From the NCBI GenBank assembly GCA_002792495.1, contig PFOK01000137.1:1-41153 (forward strand): a stretch of DNA of 41,153 nucleotides. The letters are read 5' to 3'. The notes beneath the pieces were generated by a model. The model was not told the DNA's origin. It worked only from the letters and a program-made list of their open reading frames with translations, and did no database searches. This document shows, piece after piece, positions 1 through 8,482 of this stretch. The position numbers and the translations under genes were made by a program. How positions within the stretch are numbered: the stretch's first letter is position 1; every line of letters begins with the position of its first letter. The DNA comes from Candidatus Peregrinibacteria bacterium CG_4_10_14_0_2_um_filter_43_11. Lineage in GTDB: Bacteria > Patescibacteriota > Gracilibacteria > UM-FILTER-43-11.

Positions 1-185
1 AAAGCAATAAAAAATATTGGGATGGTAAAATCAAAAAAAACGTTGAAAGAGATCTGGAAACTGATATTTATCTAGTGAATCAAGGAATAGCTGTGTTAAG
101 GTTGTGGGAGCACGAGATAAAAAACGATATTAATTCATGTTATAAAAAATTAAATAAATTAATAAATGCTACTAAAAACAATTGA
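1..185 (+). CDS. vsr: Very short patch repair endonuclease, C-terminal part (5' end outside window)
   Basis: Frame starting at nt 3 reads SNKKYWDGKIKKNVERDLETDIYLVNQGIAVLRLWEHEIKND..., the Vsr C-terminal YWxxKIxxNxxRD...VLRLWEHE pattern. Stop TGA at 183-185 overlaps the dcm start. Not in the ORF track. Confidence 0.9.
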   Translation, partial: SNKKYWDGKIKKNVERDLETDIYLVNQGIAVLRLWEHEIKNDINSCYKKLNKLINATKNN

Positions 186-1200
186 TTTATTCGCAGGAAT
201 AGGGGGAATAAGAATGGGCTTTGAAAGTTCAGGGTTTTTTAAAACCGTTTTTGCTAATGATTTTGATCATTATTGCAAAAAAACTTATGATCTAAATTAT
301 GGGATCTCCCCATTAACGGTCGGTGATATTACGAAAATTAAAATAGAGGATCTGCCAGAGTTTGATTTTCTGCTCGGAGGCTTTCCATGCCAAGCCTTTT
401 CAATTGCAGGTTATCAAAAGGGCTTTAATGACGAAAGGGGGCGTGGCAATCTATTTTTTCATATTGCAAAAATTATAGAAGCCAGGAAGCCAATGGGATT
501 TTTCCTCGAAAATGTCAAAAACCTCGAAAAACATGACAATGGTAAAACAATAAAAATTATAAAGGACACACTTGAATCACTTGGCTACCACATAAAATAC
601 AAAGTATTAAACAGTATGAATTTTGGCAATGTACCACAAACAAGGGAAAGAGTTTATATTGTAGGCTTTAAAGAAAAGAAATATTTTGATAATTTCAGAT
701 TTCCAGAAAAAAAACCATTAACAAAAACTATTCAGGATCTACTGGAAAGGGATGTAGATAAAAAATACTATTACAATAATAAGCCCCTCTTCGAAAAACT
801 CGACGGAAAAATTACAAAAACCGATACAGTTTATCAATGGAGAAGAGTTTATGTAAGAGAAAATAAAAGCAAAGTGTGCCCTACATTAACAGCAAATATG
901 GGAATGGGCGGTCATAATGTTCCGATAATCAACGATGGTAAAGGAATCAGAAAACTAACCCCAAGAGAATGCTTGAGATTCCAGGGCTTTAAGGATTCAT
1001 ACAAACTTCCTGCCAACCTTCCAGAGTCTCAATTATATAAACAAATAGGAAACTCCGTAACAGTAACAGTCGTTGAATCCGTAGCAAAACAAGTTGCACA
1101 AGCTATTAAATACCAATCATATGAATCGAAGAATCGTTATAAATCATATTCCATTAAATATCCACAAAATGTCATTCCTACTTACGCAAAAACAAGCTAG
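166..1200 (+). CDS. dcm: DNA (cytosine-5)-methyltransferase of a type II R-M cassette
   Basis: m5C motifs DLFAGIGG (I), GGFPCQAFS (IV), ENVKNL (VI), PQTRERVYIVG (VIII), RKLTPRECLRFQGF (IX), YKQIGNSV (X). Confidence 0.97.
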   Translation: MLLKTIDLFAGIGGIRMGFESSGFFKTVFANDFDHYCKKTYDLNYGISPLTVGDITKIKIEDLPEFDFLLGGFPCQAFSIAGYQKGFNDERGRGNLFFHIAKIIEARKPMGFFLENVKNLEKHDNGKTIKIIKDTLESLGYHIKYKVLNSMNFGNVPQTRERVYIVGFKEKKYFDNFRFPEKKPLTKTIQDLLERDVDKKYYYNNKPLFEKLDGKITKTDTVYQWRRVYVRENKSKVCPTLTANMGMGGHNVPIINDGKGIRKLTPRECLRFQGFKDSYKLPANLPESQLYKQIGNSVTVTVVESVAKQVAQAIKYQSYESKNRYKSYSIKYPQNVIPTYAKTS

Positions 1201-2295
1201 CCAGAAAAGCTATTTTGATTATCTGAAAATAGCAGGTGCCCTTTCAAATTTATTTTCCGAGAATGAAATCCCATACTTATATTATAGAATTGCAGAAAAG
1301 GTCTTTTGTCGTGCATTTGGTGCGGAAGATCTATCAAGAAGTGATGTTTCTGCGGATGCAAAAAAGGAAGGTATCGGGATTGGGCTAAAAACTTTTTTGG
1401 CAAATAATCATAAAACTTTTCAGAAAATAGCTGAATTTAATAACGACAGATCCCTTTACCAAACACTTTCAACTGAAAAAAAATAAAAAAAATAGCGGAA
1501 CTTAGAAATCTGAGAATTGAATTCACAGAAAACAATCATAATCTGAAAAAATCCCTTTATCATTGTGTGTTGAGAGAAAAGGGGAAATTTCTGATTTTTG
1601 AAGAACCGATGGATTATGTTGATATAACAAATATCAAAAACGTAAAGGAGAAAAAAGGCTCTATTATATTCAATGATGGAAAAAACGATTACGCATTCAA
1701 CAAATCAAAAAGTACCCTATTTAAGCGCTTTATAACAAAACCTTCCATTTATGAAATTGATGTTCAAATTCTAAAAGATCCTATCAGAGATTTACAAAAA
1801 CTATTTGCAGAAGGAAAATTAGTATTCGAAGAAGGGGTAAGAATACAAGGGACTGTGTATCTGCCACTCTACGGAAAGGATCAAACCGTTTTTGAAAAAA
1901 GCGGACTCAATCAATGGAATGCGGGGGGAAGAGAGCGTCATCCAAACGAAGTTTATATTCCCGTTCCCGCATTAATTCACAAAAATTTTCCTGGATTTTT
2001 TCCCGACAGAGATACTCCTTTCAGCTTGAAGCTACCAAATGAAAAAATAATGAAATCAAAAATTTGTCAAGAAGGTGGGAAAGCTCTCATGTCCTATTCA
2101 AACAAAGAACTAGGTCAGTGGATACTAAGAGATATTTTAAAACTAAAAGAAGGTGAAATATTAACCTACAGCAAACTACAGGCCCTGGGAATTGATACTG
2201 TTAGAATAGATAAAATCAATAGCATAGAATTTGAAATCAATTTTTCAAAACTAGGACGATATGAAGTATTCCAGACTAAAATGCTGAATGGTTAG
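1169..2295 (+). pseudogene. Type II restriction endonuclease (NgoFVII-family-like), interrupted by a frameshift in an A8 run at 1476-1483
   Basis: ATG 1169 opens MSFLLTQ...ADAKKEGIGIGLKTF...FQKIAEFN...STEKK* (stop 1484-1486). The -1 frame continues IKKIAELRNLRIEF...YHCVLRE... into the 1567-2295 ORF containing SGLNQWNAGGRERHPNEVYIPVP. One extra A gives a single 375-aa protein. Family assignment is from recalled motif similarity and position after dcm. Confidence 0.8.
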
Positions 2296-2307
2296 TTATT
2301 GTTGATT

Positions 2308-5148
2308 TCAGTCATCTTCGTCCTCATATAACTGATCCTTCGTATTTTCACGACTCAATGTAAGCCATTCACTGACCTTGGAAGGGATGCCGGAAAGCGG
2401 TATTTTCTCGGTCGTGATGTTGTCCGGCAAAGCTTTTAAAAAAAGCTGACCGTACTCTTTGGATAAAACCCGATTGTCTAAAATGATCAAAGCGCCGTAG
2501 TCTTTTGTGGAACGGATGAGTCGCCCAAACCCCTGCTTAAAACGCAAAATGGCGCGTGGAATGGAATATTCCATGAAAGAATTGGTGAACAATTCCGAAC
2601 GGGCGGCAAAAATAGGATCACTGGGGACATCAAAAGGGATTTTATGAATCACCAGAACCGTCAGAGCCTCCCCCTGAATGTCGATCCCCTCCCAAAAACT
2701 GCTCGTGCCCAACAAAACGGAACGCTCAGGATCATTGAGATAAGCCTTCATGACCTTACTGCGCCCACCGCTAATGCGCTGAGCCAAAAGACGGGTTTGC
2801 TGTATTTCGGGACGATTCATCAGGTCGAGGTATAGCGTTTCTATGGAAGAATAAGAAGTGAATAACCCCAATATTCCGCCATGGACTTTGGAAATAAGGT
2901 CGGAAAAAAACCGACCGACCTGCCCCATGCTATCGCGATGATTCACGGCAAGACTATCGGTTGGCAACAATACATACGCCTGAGACTCAAAATCAAAAGG
3001 CGAAGTGAGAATCAGCTCCTCAAACGTTTCATCCAACCCGAGCATTTTACGCAAGTAAGCGAAAGGATGTTGTGCGGGCTCATTGGAATCGTTTTGATGT
3101 AACTGAATGCCCAAAGTGGCGGAAGTGAGAATGATGGAACGCTTTTTTTGATAAAGGATTTTCTGTAATTTCGGACCCACCAGCAAGGGTGCCATGTGCA
3201 TCGCGACATGCCCATTGAGATCGGAAGACATCCATCGGATCTGATGGTCAACGAAGACCTCACTGGAAGCAGTTTCTTCTTTGAAAAAGAGGGAAAGGTG
3301 AGTGATCTGTTCTTTAAGGATTTCAATTTCCTGTAAAAGTTCATCCACAAAAACATCCTGATCGGGAAACGCGTTGTCTTGAACCAATAACAATCGGTCG
3401 AGCAGTGACCGGAGGGGTTTGATCCATTCATTCAGACGATGGGAAACGTCATCCACGGAAGAGCTGAGATTCAACCACTCAGAGGTCCCCAAAATCACAC
3501 GATCGATCAGCAGTTTTTCGATATAACCGGAATCGGAAACATTGCGATTTACAAACAAAGCGACAATACTGAAAAAATTCTCGACCAATTGAAAGAGATC
3601 GGGCAATGTTCCCAAGGCCACTTCGATAGACTCAAAAACGGGATCACTGCCAAAGAGGGTCTTGGCATGCCGTCGCTGAAAATCATCGAGATGATTTTGA
3701 ATGGCTTTGATGGGAACAACCGTACTTTCTTCGCTAATGCCAATTCCAAAAGCGTTGGTCGCCGTCTCCTCAAAATGATGCGCTTCGTCAATGACCAGAT
3801 AGTGATACTCGGGGAGCAAACTGCCGTCACTCGTTAAATCGGCACACAAAAGCGCGTGATTGACGATGATGATGTCGGATTCGTCGGCTATTTTGCGTGC
3901 CTGATGTAAAAAGCACTCGCCGTAAGGTTTGCACTTTTGAGGAGAACAAAAACGTTTGTCGGAACACAGTTCAAAATCCCAAATCATCGTTTCCGGACGG
4001 GTCAGATAAATTTCACTGCTATCGCCCGTAGAAGTGGTGTACTGCCATACCAGAATTTTGATGAGAAGAACGATTTCTTCGTGATTGAAGCGTGTGCGAC
4101 GTTTGAACTCGGCAAGACGACGTAGGCAGAGATAATGACTACGTCCCTTAAGCAAAGCCACCCGTGGCCCGGGATGATGAGTTTCGTGCATGTAAAGCTC
4201 ACGAAGCAGAGGAACGTCTTTTTCATACAATTGCTGTTGCAAATTGATGGTGTTGGTTGAAATCACCACCTTGGATTTATTTGAAATCGCGATGTTGAAA
4301 GCCGCGGAAAGATAAGCCATCGATTTTCCGACACCGGTCGGCGCTTCGCAGATGAGATGATAACGGTTCCGAAAAGCGTTCATGACATTTTGTGCCATTT
4401 CGATTTGTTGAGGACGATACTCATGCCCTTCAAACACACGCTGCATCACTCCTTTCTCATTAAAAAGAGTGTCGATTTCCAAAGGCTTAAGAGGTGACAC
4501 GCTGATATTTTTGACTAATTCCACCGGAATGACAGGAGAAACAAACTTGCCTGAATGCCCTTTTATTTCTTCAAAAATCACACCGCACTCCCAAGTGGAG
4601 CGGGAGACAGCCTGAGCGATGACTTCGATCCCCTTTTCCGGCAACCGGCAAAAAACATCCCAAATACACTTGAACAAATCCAAAGTCGCCTCCACATCCG
4701 ACATGGCACGGTGGCTATTTTCGTGAGCAATCCCCAATGCATCGCTCAGCACTTCAAGACTGTAACTGCCGTTTTGGGGAAAGGCGATCTGAGCGAGCGG
4801 CAAAGTGTCGATCAACCCAAGCTCATTCAATTTCACACCGGCTTTTTTTAAAAACCCGACATCAAAATTGACATTGTGCCCCATGACATAAGCATTTTGT
4901 AAAAGAGGCATCGCTTCCTCCAGCACTTCCTTGAGCGGTCGCCCTTTCTGTTTGATTTCATCGTCCGTGATCGCGGTAATCGCGGTGATGATAGGGGAAA
5001 GCTTATAATTGATTTTTACCAATGAACTGAAACGACCGACTTCTTTGCCATTTTCATAACGAATAACCGCGATTTCAATAATATCGTTCACCTTGGGGTC
5101 TACCCCACTGGTTTCAAGGTCCACGATGACAAGCGACTTTTTAAACAT
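2308..5148 (-). CDS. dinG: DnaQ-like (DEDDh) 3'-5' exonuclease / DinG-family helicase fusion
   Basis: Exonuclease motifs VDLETSG, GHNVNFD, HRAMSD. Helicase Q-motif RPQQ, Walker A EAPTGVGKS, FeS-type Cys cluster (YLC...LCSDKRFCSPQKC...ECF), DEAH, SFWEGID, QGFGRLIRS. Start moved to MFKKS at 5148. Confidence 0.95.
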   Translation of the reverse strand: MFKKSLVIVDLETSGVDPKVNDIIEIAVIRYENGKEVGRFSSLVKINYKLSPIITAITAITDDEIKQKGRPLKEVLEEAMPLLQNAYVMGHNVNFDVGFLKKAGVKLNELGLIDTLPLAQIAFPQNGSYSLEVLSDALGIAHENSHRAMSDVEATLDLFKCIWDVFCRLPEKGIEVIAQAVSRSTWECGVIFEEIKGHSGKFVSPVIPVELVKNISVSPLKPLEIDTLFNEKGVMQRVFEGHEYRPQQIEMAQNVMNAFRNRYHLICEAPTGVGKSMAYLSAAFNIAISNKSKVVISTNTINLQQQLYEKDVPLLRELYMHETHHPGPRVALLKGRSHYLCLRRLAEFKRRTRFNHEEIVLLIKILVWQYTTSTGDSSEIYLTRPETMIWDFELCSDKRFCSPQKCKPYGECFLHQARKIADESDIIIVNHALLCADLTSDGSLLPEYHYLVIDEAHHFEETATNAFGIGISEESTVVPIKAIQNHLDDFQRRHAKTLFGSDPVFESIEVALGTLPDLFQLVENFFSIVALFVNRNVSDSGYIEKLLIDRVILGTSEWLNLSSSVDDVSHRLNEWIKPLRSLLDRLLLVQDNAFPDQDVFVDELLQEIEILKEQITHLSLFFKEETASSEVFVDHQIRWMSSDLNGHVAMHMAPLLVGPKLQKILYQKKRSIILTSATLGIQLHQNDSNEPAQHPFAYLRKMLGLDETFEELILTSPFDFESQAYVLLPTDSLAVNHRDSMGQVGRFFSDLISKVHGGILGLFTSYSSIETLYLDLMNRPEIQQTRLLAQRISGGRSKVMKAYLNDPERSVLLGTSSFWEGIDIQGEALTVLVIHKIPFDVPSDPIFAARSELFTNSFMEYSIPRAILRFKQGFGRLIRSTKDYGALIILDNRVLSKEYGQLFLKALPDNITTEKIPLSGIPSKVSEWLTLSRENTKDQLYEDEDD

Positions 5149-5201
5149 GATAAAAATGGATGAGGGGAATGAATCCATTGTAAGGACGAACTTAAAATAA
5201 A

Positions 5202-6175
5202 TCAACGAGAGGCTCTGTGATCATCTCGCCGATCTGCTATGCACATATTCGCCTGAGTCCATAACTCGGATAAATCCTGATCAAACGGAATGTGGAATTC
5301 CTGACAGTGTTCAAAATACCCGATGATCAAATCATCATAAGAAACAGAGTGCGAACCATAAATACGCTGAATCAAAGCTTGTTTTGCCGCCTCAACAAAC
5401 CCGGGCCAATCCGCCAAACGGTAAGCCGAATCCGTGTCAAGATACTTCGCCTCCCTATAAGAATGCCCCTGAAAACCACCCGGTCTTAAATAAATCGCGA
5501 TTTGCCGACGCGCGGACAAATGGAGAGAAGTTTTATTCAGCAAATCGCAACACCGAATGGCATAGCGGTTATTAAAGCCAAAACAACGCAGATAATGATG
5601 GGCTAAAACAATCGCCGCGTGCGAATGATGGGAACAAAGAGCCCCATTAAGCACCAGTCCCACAGTTCCCGGATCGTAGGCCAGCGATGAATTTTGAGAG
5701 ACCAACGTAGCCATCGCGGTAGCTCCGGCAACATAATTCCCCTCAAAAAAACGCCCTTCGCGAATCGTTTTGTATCCCGTTCGGAGCCATTGTACGGAAG
5801 CGGACGACCATTACAATACTCAGGCACCGGTGTCATCGAATCAGGCAGTTCCCGGCAAAATACATCCGCCTGTTTGCTCAGGGCAAAAATACCCTCTTCC
5901 AGAACCTTCAAAATAGCGTCACGTAAAGCATTTTGGGTATGAAAGATTGGGAGCAGACTTTGAACAAGCTGTTCGTATTGCCGAAGAGTAGGAGGCTCCG
6001 GAGAGCCACGGAACGGAGGATGAAAAGGAAAAACCTTTTTCAACTGAAAGCGTATCGATGGGATCGCCCTTCGTATAAATGGCTCAGATCCTTGCCCAGT
6101 TAAAACAGACTCCACTTCGGGGAGTTTTAAAAAATCCGAAACCGTTGATGGAAATAAACGCAAGCGGGGAGACAT
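5202..6175 (-). pseudogene. Hypothetical protein, apparently one gene split by a frameshift (ORFs 5603-6175 and 5202-5714)
   Basis: Two overlapping same-strand ORFs. Adding one T to the T7 run (A7 at 5745-5751 on +) joins ...KRFAKGVF to FEGNYVAGATAMATLVSQ.... No recognisable domain. Confidence 0.45.
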
Positions 6176-6178
6176 ACT

Positions 6179-6211
6179 AAAAATAAAGGGGTAAAAGATA
6201 CCCGTTTTATT
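6179..6211 (-). terminator. Possible intrinsic terminator
   Basis: Minus strand AATAAAAC-GGGTA-TCTTT-TACCC-CTTTATTTTT: short hairpin plus U-rich tail after the 364-aa ORF. Confidence 0.4.
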
Positions 6212-6237
6212 GAAAAATAACAAACAAAATGTTCCCC

Positions 6238-7332
6238 CTAAGCCACTTTTCTTCCCTTTCCTCGGACCGGATTCGGAATAAACACATAAGGGCTTGTATA
6301 ACGTTTGCCACGACCGGGACCGGCGTGAATGGTTGATGGGGCTTTCCTACGATCTCCCGCTCTGCGAACAAATGGAGATGGGGTAGAAAATGATCGGACG
6401 GTAGTTCCCGCACAAGGGGGATGACCTTCTTCCCGGGAAGGTAAAGTCACGGCAATTTGTCTCCTAAACCACTCAAATAGGTTCTTGTCCAAAATGCCAA
6501 GAGAAACGAGCGTCCGCAACAACTCACCCCAGGCCTGCACAGGATGCTGTGAATCGGAAACAATAGCGACTGTTCCTTCCCTAAGCCTTGCTTCCAGCTT
6601 TTTAGCCGCTTCAGCGTCAACCGGAGGGGGTATATAATTGCCATCAAGCACCGCGAATTCATCGGAGAGAGGAGGTTCACCCTCATCCTGAGCGATTTTC
6701 CATAAATTAACGGCATACTGGCGTGCCCCCCTACAGCACATTCTAAGCTCACGGGCACCTCCGTGACCCAATAAAACCTGAAAAAACTGATATTGCAAGT
6801 TTAGTCTTGAATCAGGATCGAAAGACCAGCCCCTCATCGCCCGTGGAAGGAAATGGGTCACATCGACATTGTATGCCCGAACCAATGAAGCCAGAATAGC
6901 GGACAGCTCGAAACGCAGGAGGGTAGCCACTTCCGTGTCTTCCGACAAATGAGTGTCTGCGCTATCGGGCTCTGGCAGTGAAGAAGCATCATGTGAAGCT
7001 AAAATCTCCACCTTTCGTGCGGAAATAAGCTCGGCAACGCGCTCACGCACCTTTTGTAAGGCACCTCTTAAAGCAATCTCATCAATTCCACTAACTGCCT
7101 GCAAAACAGAATGCCGGACATCACCCGAAAAAAGTTCATAACGGCCTCTCGCATCCGGAGGTAAAAAAAGGGCAGGATCCTCACCGAGGTCTGCCAAGCG
7201 AGAAAGCTCCGATGCAAGGAAATCGCGGAGTAAAATGCGCGCCGCAATTGCCCCGCTATCCACCCCCTGAAGAACATCAAAAAAGCCCGAATATGGCTCC
7301 ACAAGACCTTTGGGAATATCAGCGCGTTTCAC
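6238..7332 (-). CDS. Hypothetical protein (ORFan, predicted mostly helical); start and C-terminal frame uncertain
   Basis: 364-aa ORF filling the gap before ldh. No motif recognised. An alternative C-terminus exists in another frame (6207-6413). Confidence 0.55.
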   Translation of the reverse strand: MKRADIPKGLVEPYSGFFDVLQGVDSGAIAARILLRDFLASELSRLADLGEDPALFLPPDARGRYELFSGDVRHSVLQAVSGIDEIALRGALQKVRERVAELISARKVEILASHDASSLPEPDSADTHLSEDTEVATLLRFELSAILASLVRAYNVDVTHFLPRAMRGWSFDPDSRLNLQYQFFQVLLGHGGARELRMCCRGARQYAVNLWKIAQDEGEPPLSDEFAVLDGNYIPPPVDAEAAKKLEARLREGTVAIVSDSQHPVQAWGELLRTLVSLGILDKNLFEWFRRQIAVTLPSREEGHPPCAGTTVRSFSTPSPFVRRAGDRRKAPSTIHAGPGRGKRYTSPYVFIPNPVRGKGRKVA

Positions 7333-7342
7333 ATTTATGTTG

Positions 7343-7376
7343 AAAAAAAATAAAAAAGTGAAGAGCGAGTCTTCAT
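7343..7376 (-). terminator. Intrinsic terminator after ldh
   Basis: Minus strand TGAAGA-CTCGC-TCTTCA followed by CTTTTTTATTTTTTTT, a few nt after the ldh stop. Confidence 0.7.
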
Positions 7377-7382
7377 TCTACA

Positions 7383-8327
7383 CTATATTTTTATTTTTTG
7401 CAAAATACCTCTCAGCACTTCCGCGGAGTATTTGAGCTTCTTTTTTTCATCAGCATTGAGCGCAACCGGCCAAACGTTCAGGACGCCGCAACGCCCGATC
7501 ACCGCGGGCACACCAAGCGAAACATCGCTCATACCATAGTCTTTACCGGGAATGGTGGAAACGGGAACAATGCTCTTTTTATCATGCAATACATTTTCAA
7601 CAAGTTCTGTGAGCACCACGCCGATACCATAATAAGTGGCCCGTTTACGTTGAATGATTTCGTAAGCCGCCTCCCGCGTTTGCTTTTCTATGGCATCCGT
7701 TTGTTTTTTGGTCAGGAGCTTTTGAGCAGGAATGGAAGCCACATTCACCAGGCTCCACGGCACAAATTCCGAATCGCCATGCTCGCCCATTACATAACCA
7801 TGTACATTGTGAAGATTGACACCAAGTCGCTGGCTGATGTTCACACGCAAACGCGACGTATCGAGCGATGTGCCCGAACCGAAGATTTGAGACTCGGAAA
7901 GTTTGATGGTTTTTTTGGCAACGTATGTGAGAATGTCAACCGGATTGGAGACGAGAATGACCACCGTATCGGAGCGGAGTTGCCCCATGCCTTTGATCAG
8001 GCTTTTGAGCATTTTGATGTTCTTGTTCACCAAATCGAGTCTCGTTTCTCCCGGTTTTTGCGCCGCCCCAGCCGTAATAATGATGACATCCACATTCCCG
8101 CAATCTTTTAAATTGCCCCCACACACATTGCCCGTTTCGGTTCCGATCAAACCATGCGTTAAATCCATCACCTCCCCTTCCTCCCGTGCTTCGTCCACAT
8201 CGATGAGAATGATCTCCGCCGCCAATCCTTTGATCATGGCCGCGTACGCAAAAGAAGAACCGACCATCCCCGTACCGACAACGGCAATACGGGTTTTTGG
8301 CGGACTGCATTTTGGTTTTTTGAACAT
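7383..8327 (-). CDS. ldh: L-lactate dehydrogenase
   Basis: GTGMVG Rossmann motif, TAGAAQKPGETRLDL (Gln in the substrate loop favours LDH over MDH), SNPVD, GTSLDTSR, MGEHGDS. Confidence 0.92.
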   Translation of the reverse strand: MFKKPKCSPPKTRIAVVGTGMVGSSFAYAAMIKGLAAEIILIDVDEAREEGEVMDLTHGLIGTETGNVCGGNLKDCGNVDVIIITAGAAQKPGETRLDLVNKNIKMLKSLIKGMGQLRSDTVVILVSNPVDILTYVAKKTIKLSESQIFGSGTSLDTSRLRVNISQRLGVNLHNVHGYVMGEHGDSEFVPWSLVNVASIPAQKLLTKKQTDAIEKQTREAAYEIIQRKRATYYGIGVVLTELVENVLHDKKSIVPVSTIPGKDYGMSDVSLGVPAVIGRCGVLNVWPVALNADEKKKLKYSAEVLRGILQKIKI

Positions 8328-8452
8328 AAGAATGAATTTATTTGATTTGATTTTATTCTAGCATAAATCACAAATAGGCATAACCCCCAAAAAACCTATT
8401 ATCATTCGCTGACATAAAACAGGGAAGTTAAGTAGAGCCTCCATCACTGATA

Positions 8453-8461
8453 TGCTATAAT
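8453..8461 (+). promoter_or_regulatory. Extended -10 promoter element for the DUF4012 gene
   Basis: TGCTATAAT (TGnTATAAT) 21 nt before ATG 8483. Confidence 0.6.
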
Positions 8462-8482
8462 ACCCCCGTTAATTAAAAAAAT

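Noticed and set aside
490..497. CCAATGGG inside dcm as a fourth motif site
   Set aside because: Single unit in coding sequence with no second unit 12 bp away.
2308..5148. DinG as CasDinG (type IV CRISPR) or part of the R-M cassette
   Set aside because: Standard chromosomal exonuclease-DinG fusion, convergent to the cassette, with host-like composition and no cas genes.
7398..8361. Long antisense and alternative-frame ORFs over ldh, and similar shadows over dinG, dgt, r-protein genes and tuf
   Set aside because: Shadow ORFs of conserved genes with no independent coding evidence.
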